The notes under the pieces were generated by a model. It did no database searches and was not told the origin of the DNA. It saw nothing but the letters and a program-made list of their open reading frames with translations. Shown here piece by piece: positions 40,349 to 50,915 of a stretch of DNA of 64,000 bases (position 1 is the stretch's first letter; each line of letters opens with the position of its first letter). The DNA lies in assembly GCA_963833125.1 (NCBI GenBank), contig CAWHWX010000004.1:187249-251248 (forward strand), written 5' to 3'. The position numbers and the translations under genes are program-made. The DNA is from Candidatus Bathyarchaeota archaeon. GTDB taxonomy: Archaea > Thermoproteota > Bathyarchaeia > 40CM-2-53-6.

Positions 40349-40553
40349 GCTATGTGTTTCGCACGTTTCGATTGCTGCGTAGATCCTTCTCATAATTCTT
40401 GAAGTAGACGTGGGAGCAATCCGCCGGCGTTGTCGGACGGCTTCACCGGAAACACTCAAGTCAAAGAAAAACTGTCACCTAGGAAGACATTTCGGACAAG
40501 GCTTAGTCTCCGTTCAGATAAGCCTAAAAGCTCTGTTAGGTTAGCGCGGTTAC

Positions 40554-41462
40554 ATGAAATCAATGGGTCAAATTAGTTTCCCATCTACGCAGATGATTGG
40601 AGACTACCTCAGCATCACCAAACCCGGCATAGCTTCGTTGAACGTTTTCGTCGGCGTAGCCACGATGCTCCTCGCAGTAGGGCTTTACTACTTGAACACT
40701 TACTCGGTACTCGTCTTGGTTATCGCAGGTTTTCTTGCCGCCGGTGGTGCCGGCGCGCTGAATTGCTTTCTGGAGAGACGCATTGATTCTCATATGAATC
40801 GTACCCGAAACCGGGCAATACCTTCAGGTCGCATATCAGCCAACGGCGCACTGGCAGTCGGCTTGGGGTTCTCGATTATGGGCGTAGCCCTAGCTACACT
40901 CTTGAATATGCTAACTGCAGCGTTCATTGGAGTGGGTGTATTCTGGTACGTCCTTGTCTACACTTTATGGTTGAAGCCTAGGACAAAATGGAACATCGTA
41001 ATTGGAGGAGCGGCTGGTTCGTTCTCCGCCTTGGCTGGATGGGCGGCAGTGACTGGGTCAATAAGCCTCACATCGTTCCTCGTCGCTTTACTAATCCTCC
41101 TGTGGACACCAGGTCATTTCTGGGGTCTAGCCATTGCCAAGTCCGAGGAATACGCGTCAGTTCAGGTTCCAATGTTGCCCGTTGTCGAAGGAGCGCGTAC
41201 GAGCGCGATATATACTGCAGTATCAAACATTGCTCTCTTCCCTTTCACGCTCGGCCTTCTTGCTCTTACCGCTTCCAGAGCAAACTTCTTGACCCTACTC
41301 ATCCTCGGAGGTGCTCTAATCGCTTTCAACACAAGGTTTCTGATTGCAAATCTAAGAATGATTAAGAACCCCGTTCCTACGAATGCGTGGCGTGTGTTCA
41401 AAATGTCCATCTCATATCTATTCATAGTTCTCCTGATAGTAGTGGCAGCACACCTAGTTTGA
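40554..41462 (+). CDS. cyoE: Protoheme IX farnesyltransferase (heme o synthase)
   Basis: TKP...ALNCFLERRIDSHMNRTRNRAIPSG...YTLWLKPRT...WTPGHFW...VPMLPV. Confidence 0.93.
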   Translation: MKSMGQISFPSTQMIGDYLSITKPGIASLNVFVGVATMLLAVGLYYLNTYSVLVLVIAGFLAAGGAGALNCFLERRIDSHMNRTRNRAIPSGRISANGALAVGLGFSIMGVALATLLNMLTAAFIGVGVFWYVLVYTLWLKPRTKWNIVIGGAAGSFSALAGWAAVTGSISLTSFLVALLILLWTPGHFWGLAIAKSEEYASVQVPMLPVVEGARTSAIYTAVSNIALFPFTLGLLALTASRANFLTLLILGGALIAFNTRFLIANLRMIKNPVPTNAWRVFKMSISYLFIVLLIVVAAHLV

Positions 41463-41468
41463 AACCCC

Positions 41469-42908
41469 TTACTGTGAAACGGATAGTCTCAAGTAAATTC
41501 CTTGACTGACCAGTCCGTCTGTGGCGCTCACTAGCAACGTGTAGTTTCCAGGAATCGTAGCTGTGTTGGTGGCTACGTTGAGGGTTATCATTGCTGCGCC
41601 GTTCAGATTACTTAGTTCGGTTTCGCTCAAATTCAGAGAAATCCATTGCGACCTCGATGTCGGCGTTTCAGAATCGCTTGAGACAATTGTCAGATTCTTC
41701 CCGGAGTTTCCATCGAGACGTAGGACTATGCTTGTATTACTGCCCCTTTGGAGCCGGAGATTCGCATTAGCAATGGGTTGGAAGGAAAACGACGGCTGAT
41801 AGGATGCGTCAAGGTATCCTACGTAGCTGGCAGTCAGTTCAGTAAACCATACTTTGTCCTTACCTAAAGCGAATGTTAACGCGTTGCCGATTTCGGTTAT
41901 ATTGTTGGCTGGGGGGTTTGACAGGCTGTACTCTGTTAACAACCCTCGATCGGCGTCGACGGCACCAATTCGGTTCGCGTAATGCTCGTTAAACCAGATC
42001 ATCGACCCGTTTGCGGCCACAAAATACGGCAAGGTTGACTCGATATAGCTGACGGGTGTGGTAGGAAATTGATACCAGGCTTGGTTCCTGAAATCGTAGT
42101 ATGCAAGGTTCGAAGACTCGTGTTGAGCCACCCACAAACCGTTGGGAACCAAAGCGAGGCTGGTTGCCGCCTGGGGCCTGAAGGTTCCGTCGATGGGTTG
42201 AGGCGCGAACTGAGTGGTTCCAAACGATAGAACCTCGCCGAGGCCGCTGGTGGCATTCCCCGCGTCGACATAGTACCCGTGAGTGCTATTCTCAAATTCG
42301 ACCTGAGTGGGCGTTCCCCCGAACCTGGTTGGTACGGGGTATTCAGTCAGGTTGCATTGTTTGTCGATTCGACCAAGCCTTGATCCGTAGAGTTCTGTAA
42401 ACCACAGTGCGCCGTCCGGGCCAACGGTGATGGTATATGGGAATGCTCCAGCCGTACTGAGTTTGAGCGCGTATACTATCGCGGTAGCAGGGTCGATGTT
42501 TACGATTTGGTTTCCAGCGGAGTCGGTTGCCCATATTCTTCCGTTCCATTGGGCTACACCCCAGATGCTGGTTGTTGAGGGAGAATAATTGATGGGCCAC
42601 GTGAAATCAATCATCGTTCCATTCTCGAACAAATGACCCACTCCAGGGTTGATTTGTTCTCCAAACCAGACTGAGCCATCTGAGGCCACGGCTATGCCGT
42701 TCGGAAACCTCTCCTCAGGTAGACGAAATTTAGTTACCCCGTCGAAGTGCGTGCTCGGTAGCTGGAATCGTGAAACTCGAGCAAGCCCTACCTTTACGCC
42801 ACAAGAATTTACGTTAGAGAAGAAGAACGCGAGGTAGAGAGAAGACGCAAAGAGTAAAGCGGTAAATCCTAATGCATACGCGCTTTTCTTCCCAAACACT
42901 TCTCTCAC
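41469..42908 (-). CDS. Membrane-anchored Vgb (virginiamycin B lyase)-like beta-propeller protein with C-terminal Ig-like domain
   Basis: Repeats PNGIAVASDGSVWFGE, PYTITVGPDGALWFTE, IWFNEH, VWFTE; N-terminal TM. Confidence 0.8.
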   Translation of the reverse strand: MREVFGKKSAYALGFTALLFASSLYLAFFFSNVNSCGVKVGLARVSRFQLPSTHFDGVTKFRLPEERFPNGIAVASDGSVWFGEQINPGVGHLFENGTMIDFTWPINYSPSTTSIWGVAQWNGRIWATDSAGNQIVNIDPATAIVYALKLSTAGAFPYTITVGPDGALWFTELYGSRLGRIDKQCNLTEYPVPTRFGGTPTQVEFENSTHGYYVDAGNATSGLGEVLSFGTTQFAPQPIDGTFRPQAATSLALVPNGLWVAQHESSNLAYYDFRNQAWYQFPTTPVSYIESTLPYFVAANGSMIWFNEHYANRIGAVDADRGLLTEYSLSNPPANNITEIGNALTFALGKDKVWFTELTASYVGYLDASYQPSFSFQPIANANLRLQRGSNTSIVLRLDGNSGKNLTIVSSDSETPTSRSQWISLNLSETELSNLNGAAMITLNVATNTATIPGNYTLLVSATDGLVSQGIYLRLSVSQ

Positions 42909-42982
42909 CTCTCGAACTTCTTTTGGTTACCCCAATAAGGAAATAATGGGCGACATCGAGGAGTAGCTGAGCTTGAGCAGAG

Positions 42983-43438
42983 ATGAATAAATTAGTCGTG
43001 GTCGGCATTTTGGCTGTGATTGTTGTAGGATTGGTGGTTAGTTACGATTTGCCTTCCTTGAACACGAATGTGAACCAGCCTCTTACAACCCAAAAAACAG
43101 TCTGCATTACTCCGTCAGGCTATTTTCTAATTGTCGCTGACCTAAGCGGATTCAACGACAGCGTCGACCATATTCAGAATTCACCCAACGAACCGTGGCC
43201 CGTTATCAGAGTGAGTAAGGGCGATCGAGTTAACGTACTTGTTTGCAACATGGACGATTACTCTCCGCATGGATTTGCAATTCAACATTACTTCGATGTG
43301 GGCGTTGCACTAATGCCGCATGACTCATACCGAATTTCCTTTGTCGCAGATGAGGATGGTACATTCACAATGTACTGCAACATATTCTGCCCCGTGCATC
43401 CATACATGCAATCTGGGGAACTAGTCGTAACTGGGTAG
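42983..43438 (+). CDS. Membrane-anchored cupredoxin-domain protein
   Basis: N-terminal TM; V-x-KGDRV, HGF, GTFTMYCNIFCPVHPYM...GELVV. Confidence 0.85.
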   Translation: MNKLVVVGILAVIVVGLVVSYDLPSLNTNVNQPLTTQKTVCITPSGYFLIVADLSGFNDSVDHIQNSPNEPWPVIRVSKGDRVNVLVCNMDDYSPHGFAIQHYFDVGVALMPHDSYRISFVADEDGTFTMYCNIFCPVHPYMQSGELVVTG

Positions 43439-43490
43439 AGTATACCCACGCGGGTTCAGTGGATAGGCAAAATCCAAAGACGAACGGGTC

Positions 43491-45123
43491 CTATCTCGGG
43501 CAGACCAGTTCTCCTAGGTGTTTGGTCAGTATGAGGTTCTCGGCGTAGTCGACAGGTACTTCGATTACTGAAGGTCCGTCAGCTTTCTTTGCGTTTTCCA
43601 GCATCGGAATGAGATCTTGGGCTGATTCTAACGCGAAATCCGTTGGCACCAAAGGATCTGGCGAAAGTAACGAAGTCCGGGTTACCGAAATCTACTCCTG
43701 AAGCGTGGCCGTAGCGTTCCATTTGTTTCCATTTGATGGCACCATAGCTATTGTCCCGGAAAATCACTATTACGATATTCAGGCCGAGGCGTTTCGCTGT
43801 TTCCAACTCTTGACAGCTCATCAAGAAACCTCCATCGCCGCATACCGCGAATATGTTCCGTGACGGGTAGACTAGTTTCGCGGCAAGGGCGCCGGGTAGC
43901 GCGAAGCCCATCGAGGATAATCCATTCGAGATGATTACAGTATTGGGAATGTTAGTTGGGAACATGCGAGCGACCCATAGTTTGTGTGCTCCAACGTCAC
44001 ATACCATGACATCGTCTTCGTTCATGACCTGACGCAACGCATGAACCAGCCTTTGCGGTTTCACGGGGAACGAGGGATCATTGATATTCGCGTTGGTCTC
44101 GGAAATTATGAGATCTCTGAGCGTACTTGCGGAGGTTCTAGCTTTCGGTGTTGCGAGTTCCGCAAGACCATTGAGGCTGTTGCTTATGTTCCCGATAACC
44201 TCGACCTTTGGAATGTAAGATTCGTCGGTTTCTGAGGCTGAGAAGTCTATGTGGATTATCTGCTTGTCACCATTCGGGTTCCAATTTACTGGAGAGTATT
44301 CGATGAAATCATACCCCACCGCAATGACAAGATCCGCGCGGTCGAAACCGCAAGCGACGTAGTCCCGAGCCTGCAACCCGATTGTGAGCAGTGAGAGATC
44401 GCTATCCATCGGGATTGCCCCTTTTGCCATGAATGTTTCGGCGACGGGGATCCTTAGCTTGGTGGCAAACATTTTCAGGGCAGCGGTTCCTCGTCCCCGA
44501 ATAACCCCGTTACCAGCGAGAACGATTGGATAATGAGCTTCATCAATCAACTGTGCAGCCTTTCTCAAGGCGTCTGGAGCTGGTTCTGGATACGAGAGTA
44601 TGGACCGGTCTAGGGGATGACCCGTTGCATCCTCATTTACGACGTCTTGTGGAAGTTCAAGATGGCACGCGCCCGGCTTTTCTGACTCGGCGAGCTTGAA
44701 TGATTTTCGGACCGCTTCAGGTATTGTGGAGGCACGAGTGATTCTAGCCGTCCACTTTGTAATGGGTTCAAGCATGTGGACAATGTCAACGAATTGATGA
44801 AACTCCTTATGGAATCTCCTCTGGTCCACCTGACCAGTTAAGGCGACTAATGGTGCGCGATCAACGTTTGCGTTCGCAATCCCCGTTACCAGGTTCGTAG
44901 CTCCGGGACCGAGAGTGGCCAAGCATACGCCGGGACGGCCGGTGAGACGCCCGTAAACGCTCGCCATAAACGCTGCCGCTTGCTCATGGCGAACAGTTAC
45001 GAATTGGATCTTGGATGAGCCTAGGGCTTCGTTGATTTCTATTGTTTCTTCTCCGGGTAGGCCGAAGACATACCTTGTATCCTCGTTTTCCAAACACTGG
45101 ACAAGTTGTTCCGCTCCGTTCAA
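43491..45123 (-). CDS. Acetolactate synthase large subunit-like ThDP enzyme (frameshift near 43630)
   Basis: FGLPGEE, RHEQAAAFMA, TLGPGATN, GDGGFLMS...DNSYG; the C-terminus continues in the shifted frame to TAG at 43491. Confidence 0.9.
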
Positions 45124-45350
45124 GCAAGAATTCTCCGGCAGACGAACATAACCTATTGACTCCTCGTCTAATCAAGCATTCCTAGGTTCTGTTCTACCTT
45201 TTCCAAGTCTCGATTCAATTGAGAACAACCCAACATAGGGATCGTTAGGATAGTTTCCCAAGATCCTTCGAAACTAGAGCAGTACCATTCTACTTTGTAG
45301 AAGTATGAATAAATGGACCATCCGAGGAAGAGGTTGATCGTGAGGAATCG

Positions 45351-45539
45351 ATGACGCTGCCAGTTGCCGAACCTACGACGGAGATCGCACAACCTTCTGC
45401 GCCTCCGTCGCCAGTCCCAGAGACGTTCAAATGTGAAAAGTGCGGGGCTGCATTCGAGGACGAGGGCTCGGCAGCCGCACACATTCAAACTTGCAAAGGT
45501 ACCGAACCGATTCCAGAAAATGAACCGCAAGAGGCTTAA
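45351..45539 (+). CDS. Small acidic C2HC zinc-finger protein
   Basis: FKCEKCGAAFEDEGSAAAHIQTC. Confidence 0.65.
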   Translation: MTLPVAEPTTEIAQPSAPPSPVPETFKCEKCGAAFEDEGSAAAHIQTCKGTEPIPENEPQEA

Positions 45540-45548
45540 TTGCTTCGG

Positions 45549-46100
45549 TTAATCGGTGCCTTCCTTTTCACTTTGGATAATTTTTTCGTATAGTTTTTGG
45601 AATGAGGCGTAGTTTTCTTCTTCTCCGTATCTTTCCCGGGCCCCTGATACAAATGGTTTCATGGATTCCCATGCAAGTCGCGTCAGGAACATATCCGAGA
45701 CTGTGCTCACCTTAACAAAACCCCTCTCAACCAATACGCCTAGCGACTCAAAGAGTGCACCGATTTGAAAGAACGCCACCTGGTCAGGTTTCGAAAGTTT
45801 CTCGAAGTCTTCGTAGCTGGAAATGTTCGAGTTGAGTACGGTTAACCAGGCGGCTTGAACTTCGGCCGTGTTTGCAAATTCGTAGAGCCGCATTATCAAA
45901 TCCATAATTGCAAAGTCGTGATCCTGCTTCAATTGATCCGTCGTCAATTTAGCTTGAACCGCAGCAGCTTCCGCCTGCTGGCCAGCGACGCGAATCATCC
46001 GGTTGGTCTGTCTTATCTGAACTACAACAAATAGTGATCCTAGAATAATGGCTATAGAGCTAACAAGTGAAACGTCATTGCTTAACCCGCCCAAGTCCAA
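45549..46100 (-). CDS. Hypothetical membrane-anchored protein (DUF4760-like)
   Basis: N-terminal TM; FESLGVLVERG motif. Confidence 0.65.
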   Translation of the reverse strand: MDLGGLSNDVSLVSSIAIILGSLFVVVQIRQTNRMIRVAGQQAEAAAVQAKLTTDQLKQDHDFAIMDLIMRLYEFANTAEVQAAWLTVLNSNISSYEDFEKLSKPDQVAFFQIGALFESLGVLVERGFVKVSTVSDMFLTRLAWESMKPFVSGARERYGEEENYASFQKLYEKIIQSEKEGTD

Positions 46101-46116
46101 GCTAGATCTTGACCCT

Positions 46117-46881
46117 CTAGGTCCATCCGGCTAGGATGCCACCATCAACCGGAATCACAGCACCCGTAACGAATGACGAGGCGTCGGTTGCAAGGAACAG
46201 AGCCGCCTGCGCTATTTCGTCAGGTGTCCCAGTGCGCCGCAGTGGGTGTTTTCCTGTTAGTGATTGTCTCGCCGCCTTTGGATCCGGCGCTGTATCAAGA
46301 GATGCTTTCAGCATGGGTGTTTCGATCGCGCCAGGGCAGATGCAGTTGACCCTTATCCCCGACTTTGCGAAATCTAGAGCCATCGCCCTGGTAAGCATCA
46401 GGACGCCTCCCTTGGATGCGTCGTACGCGGCTTCGTTCTCCATAGCCATTAAGGAGTTGATTGAGCCTATGTTCACTATTGCGCCGCCTCCATTTTTCTG
46501 CATGTGGGGAATTACGTACTTACTGCAGAGAAATACTCCCTTCAAATTCACATCGATGACTTGATCCCAAGTTTCCTCCGAAGTTGTCAAAACATCTCCA
46601 GGCGGACAAACGGCGGCATTGTTAACTAAAATATTGACCTGCCCATATCGTTGAATTGTTTCTTCTACCAGTCTCTTAACCTGCGAAGCATTCGAGACGT
46701 CCCCCTTGAAGTAAGCTGCGTCTCCGAATCTCCTAACCTCTTCTAGCGCGGTTTGACCTTTCCTCTCATCCCGAGCGACCATCATGATTTTTGCTCCTTC
46801 TTTCGCGAATGTAACCGCGATAGCTTTTCCTATTCCGTCAGTTCCGCCCGTGATCACCGCTACTTTACCTTCAAGCTTCAT
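46117..46881 (-). CDS. Short-chain dehydrogenase/reductase
   Basis: TGGTDGIG, NNAA, YDASK, VDGG. Confidence 0.95.
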   Translation of the reverse strand: MKLEGKVAVITGGTDGIGKAIAVTFAKEGAKIMMVARDERKGQTALEEVRRFGDAAYFKGDVSNASQVKRLVEETIQRYGQVNILVNNAAVCPPGDVLTTSEETWDQVIDVNLKGVFLCSKYVIPHMQKNGGGAIVNIGSINSLMAMENEAAYDASKGGVLMLTRAMALDFAKSGIRVNCICPGAIETPMLKASLDTAPDPKAARQSLTGKHPLRRTGTPDEIAQAALFLATDASSFVTGAVIPVDGGILAGWT

Positions 46882-46909
46882 TCAAATTCACCTAAACTCA
46901 TCAGGAACC

Positions 46910-48091
46910 TCAGTTCAATGTTGAGCTTGCCTTGTACTTCTCTATTGCTGCTTCATTCAGTTCTATTCCTAACCCGGGGCGCTTCGGCAGAACTATCTCA
47001 CCGCGTTCCATCTTCAACTCGTTTTTCACTAATTCGCACCTTAAGGCGGAGTCAGATAATTCAGCTGGCAAATATTCAATGAAAGGACAGTTGGATGTCG
47101 TGGCTGCGAGATGAAGAGAGGCGGCGATGCCGATTCCTGTCTTCCAACAATGTGGCACAATCAGCCTACCTCTGTCGACAGATAACTCAACGACTCGCTT
47201 TGCCTCCGTTAAACCACCCACCCTTCCAACGTCAGGTTGAGCGACATGAACGTGCCCTCGGTCAATTAGGTCCTGGAACTCGAAACGAGTTTGAAGCCAT
47301 TCACCAGCCGCAATCCTGATCGGGCTGCGATCTGCAAGGGACGCGTATCCTTCCAAATCGTCGGATCTTAGAGGTGTCTCCATAAAATAAAGGTCGTATT
47401 GTTCAAGCTCTTTGATTATCTGCAAAGCTGTCCTCCAATCGTTCCAGCAATATGCAACATCTACCATCAGAGTCATATCGGGACCAACGGCTTCGCGGCA
47501 CGAGGCGACTATATTGATAATTTCAGAATCCTTCTCCTGCAAACCTGCATGAGAATACGGACCGTTAACGCAGACTTCAAGCTTAGCTGCGTTGAAACCT
47601 TGATTCTTCGCTTCAACGAGTTTCTCTTTCAAATTTGATGCATATGTCTCTAGAGTGTTTCCATTTGGAAGAAGACTGGCGTATGGGATGATGTGGGACT
47701 GTTTAGCGCCGCCCAATAATTCCCATACAGGTTTACCGAGAGCTTTTCCCTTTATGTCCCAGAGCGCCATGTCGATTGCACCAATCGCACAGATGCCCAA
47801 TCCTCTCCTACCTGGCATCGCTGTGGACACGTACATTTTGTCCCACAGCGTCTCGGTCCGCATTGGATCCTCTCCCACCAACATTTCTTTGAAACCTAAT
47901 GCCATACAATGAGTCCCCGGCGCTTCGATGTAGGCCTTCGTTGCCCACGGGTTCGTGTCTGTCTCGCCGATCCCCACGATCCCCTCGTCTGTGTAAACCT
48001 TAACCACGATATCATCTTGGGCGGAACTGCAGGCCTTGCTGTCGTAATCTGGCACCACGAGAACAAAGGACTCTATCTTAGTTATCTTCAG
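46910..48091 (-). CDS. Mandelate racemase/enolase-superfamily enzyme (acid-sugar dehydratase-like); CTG start inferred
   Basis: (M)KITKIE..., AIDMALWDIKGKA, metal ligands in MVD...ETP...AGE, QPD, PHC. Confidence 0.9.
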   Translation of the reverse strand: MKITKIESFVLVVPDYDSKACSSAQDDIVVKVYTDEGIVGIGETDTNPWATKAYIEAPGTHCMALGFKEMLVGEDPMRTETLWDKMYVSTAMPGRRGLGICAIGAIDMALWDIKGKALGKPVWELLGGAKQSHIIPYASLLPNGNTLETYASNLKEKLVEAKNQGFNAAKLEVCVNGPYSHAGLQEKDSEIINIVASCREAVGPDMTLMVDVAYCWNDWRTALQIIKELEQYDLYFMETPLRSDDLEGYASLADRSPIRIAAGEWLQTRFEFQDLIDRGHVHVAQPDVGRVGGLTEAKRVVELSVDRGRLIVPHCWKTGIGIAASLHLAATTSNCPFIEYLPAELSDSALRCELVKNELKMERGEIVLPKRPGLGIELNEAAIEKYKASSTLN

Positions 48092-48233
48092 CTCAACCAG
48101 GCCACAGTAGAAGTCCTATTCATCACAGAAAAAAGTAATGCTCCCTCATCAACCAAAGGATGAACAACACCGCAGTTCGGTGATAGTCTACCTCACGCTT
48201 TCAACCAAGTTAAGAAAACGCCACTCGGTCCAA

Positions 48234-49089
48234 TTAACTCCTTGACAGCTTGGGATAGTTGAGTGGTGCGCCTGATTCACCGACATCAAACGCTCCAACA
48301 TGCGCTCCCCCCAAGTTTGCAAAGAAGAGGCGTGTTCCTTTCGGTTCGAATGCCAAGTTGGTTGGCTGATTGAGAACTTCGCCAGTAACATCCTCGATGA
48401 GCAATTCCACATTCTGATCCGGGTAGATGAGGTACATTCGGTTGGGGTAGTAGCAGGAACAATACAGGTTCCCGTTTCTTGCAAACGCTAATCCGTCCAA
48501 GATGTTACCCTGGAGCTGCGCGTAAATTTCAGCCGCACCTACGACCCCGTCCTTGTTGATCGGAACCCGGATTATGTCCCCGGCAGTGCTCTCTATCATA
48601 AACACAGCTCCATCTTTGGGCGAGATTGCAAGCCCGTTTGAAAAATGCCAGTTCCCGCCAATCAGTGATTCGGCTTGTCGGTCAGGTTTGACACGTATTA
48701 GACGCCCACTGGGTTTCCAATAGTCACCGGAGTCAGAAAGATAGTAGTTTCCCTTTTCATCGAACGACCCATAATTGGGGAAAGACAGCGGGCCATCCTG
48801 TGCGCTATCACAATAAGCTGTGAAGTCGCCCTTTCTGATCGACCCGCTGTACAACGTGCTTGGTTGCGTTGCATGCGTAGACATTGTGGTCGCCATCGAC
48901 CACGACGCCGCCAATGAATCCTTCGTCGCGCCCAAGTAACTGCAATTCGAATTTTGGTGGAACCATAACATAGACATGTCCTGCATACCCTCCCGCGTAG
49001 AGACGGCCGTCGGGTCCGAAGTTGATGCACTCCGGATGGTCCAGGCCAGCCCGAATTATTTCGACCTGATGAATATTATATCGCACCAT
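48234..49089 (-). CDS. SMP-30/gluconolactonase family lactonase (frameshift near 48815)
   Basis: LDHPECI, FPNY, FSNGLAISP, LDGLAF, PTNLAF propeller motifs across two ORFs. Confidence 0.85.
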
Positions 49090-49230
49090 ACCGCTCCGGC
49101 TCTTGCTTGACGAATTCACTACCTAATCAACGGTCCCCAAGCGTTCAGGAGATTTGTAGGTCGTGCAGCACAGCACGATACCCAATAGTGTTATAAGCGT
49201 ACTGAGCGGCGAATTACTTGTGCTTGTTGA

Positions 49231-50850
49231 TTGGCTTCGAAAACTTTCGTTAGAGATGCAACGGGCTTAGTGCGTGAGATTAGCTTTTTCGACCATTTGA
49301 TGACCAACATGAATGGGGTCGTTCCCCTTGCGGCTCTCGCTCTGACTCCTTGGTGGATTTGGTTTGCTGTCCCGGGTGGAGACCCACTCTTAGCGACCGG
49401 GTTAGGGTTCATTTTCAGCGTCTTAGGATCCATTGTTTCCTATGCTATGCTTTCTGCAACTTTTCCGCGGTCCGCTGCACCATACGTTGCAACTAGCCAC
49501 GTCCTGCATCCTGCAATTGGGTGGCCTTCTGAGGCTTTGATGTGGTTAGGCTGGATTTTGGCTCTCGCTCTGTACCCAAGTTTCATGATTACATGGGGAT
49601 TGGTTCCAGGGTTATACACCATGGGTATTTCGAGTGGGAACGCAGGGCTAGTTGCTGCTTCGCTCGCCCTCACTCAACCATTCTGGGTGATTGTGGTAGG
49701 AGCGATTTTCCTTCTCATCTGCTTAGCGGTTACTGTGCTTGGTACAAGGAAGTTGGTCAGGACCTTCCAGCTCCCAATGACCATCGTCATGTTCATCGGC
49801 ATTTTTCTGATAATCGCACTATGGATTGGTGCCAGTAGTGCACAACTCTCAAATGTGCTGCCTACCTACCTCGGTTCGAATTCGACCGCAATCATATCCT
49901 ACGCTAAGACTAACTATGCTCCTGCCTTCACGCCCCTGACTCTGGCGCCGATACCCATACTCTTCTCGTTGGGCTTTACAGCAGGCTCGTTCAACACTTA
50001 CTGGAACGCATATGCTTCCGGGGAGGTAAGGAGAGCCAACGAAGTGAAGACGCATCTCTTAGCTATGGTTTTGCCGAGTGCACTAATCGCCATAATAGTT
50101 ACAGTATCTCTTCTCGCTGCCCGGCAAACGGTCGGCAACGACATCTTGGTCTCGATCAACCAAATCCTGTCGTACAACTCTAGTTACTTTAGCATACCCG
50201 CGATAACCGGCTTTTCCGGATCAATCGTCATGATTTTGGTTCCTATGATGTTGGCGAACAATCCGGTATTACAGTTCATTATTATGGCAAGTATGGTGGC
50301 TGCGACATTTTGTTATGTGCCCGCGACAATGCTCGTCCTTAGCAGGGAATCGTTTGCCTGGTCATTCGACCGACTTCTGCCCTCGAAATTTTCTGACGTG
50401 AGCGACAGGTTCCACACTCCTGTCTTCAGCATATCCGTCAATTGGATCATCGGTTTGTTCGTTTTTGTCGTGTTCACTTTCTATGCCTCCTATCTAGGGT
50501 TCTTTACAGCAGCCGCTTGGGATACGACGCTAGTCACAGTATCAGTCCTCTGCTTAGCCGCAGCACTACTTCCTCTTAGGAAGAGCCTCTGGGAAACTTC
50601 GCCAGTAAGAAAGTACCAGATAGCTGGAATTCCCATCATCAGCATTGGGGGGATACTTGGCCTGTTCTACAACGGTCTCGCAGTTTACGCATTTACTTTC
50701 ACGCCAGCCCTAGGGTTCGGTCTTCCCTCCACTCTCCTTCTCGTGGCAACTTTTGTGATTCCATTTGTGCTATACTGGGTCATAGTCGCCATAAGAAGGA
50801 AGCAGGGGATAGATATCGGAATGATATTCCGAAACATCCCCCCTGAATAG
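49231..50850 (+). CDS. APC family permease (archaeal type)
   Basis: FVRDATGLVRE start, FAWSFDRLLP, about 12 TMs, IPPE end. Confidence 0.9.
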   Translation: MASKTFVRDATGLVREISFFDHLMTNMNGVVPLAALALTPWWIWFAVPGGDPLLATGLGFIFSVLGSIVSYAMLSATFPRSAAPYVATSHVLHPAIGWPSEALMWLGWILALALYPSFMITWGLVPGLYTMGISSGNAGLVAASLALTQPFWVIVVGAIFLLICLAVTVLGTRKLVRTFQLPMTIVMFIGIFLIIALWIGASSAQLSNVLPTYLGSNSTAIISYAKTNYAPAFTPLTLAPIPILFSLGFTAGSFNTYWNAYASGEVRRANEVKTHLLAMVLPSALIAIIVTVSLLAARQTVGNDILVSINQILSYNSSYFSIPAITGFSGSIVMILVPMMLANNPVLQFIIMASMVAATFCYVPATMLVLSRESFAWSFDRLLPSKFSDVSDRFHTPVFSISVNWIIGLFVFVVFTFYASYLGFFTAAAWDTTLVTVSVLCLAAALLPLRKSLWETSPVRKYQIAGIPIISIGGILGLFYNGLAVYAFTFTPALGFGLPSTLLLVATFVIPFVLYWVIVAIRRKQGIDIGMIFRNIPPE

Positions 50851-50915
50851 ACACACTAAACGAAGTCGGGAATGGATGGTTTCCCTACAGCGTACTATCG
50901 AAGAGATTCTCGGCT

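Noticed and set aside
41469-42908. Streptogramin B resistance gene (vgb)
   Set aside because: It shares only the propeller repeat. It is membrane-anchored with an extra domain, and its context points to copper/heme functions.
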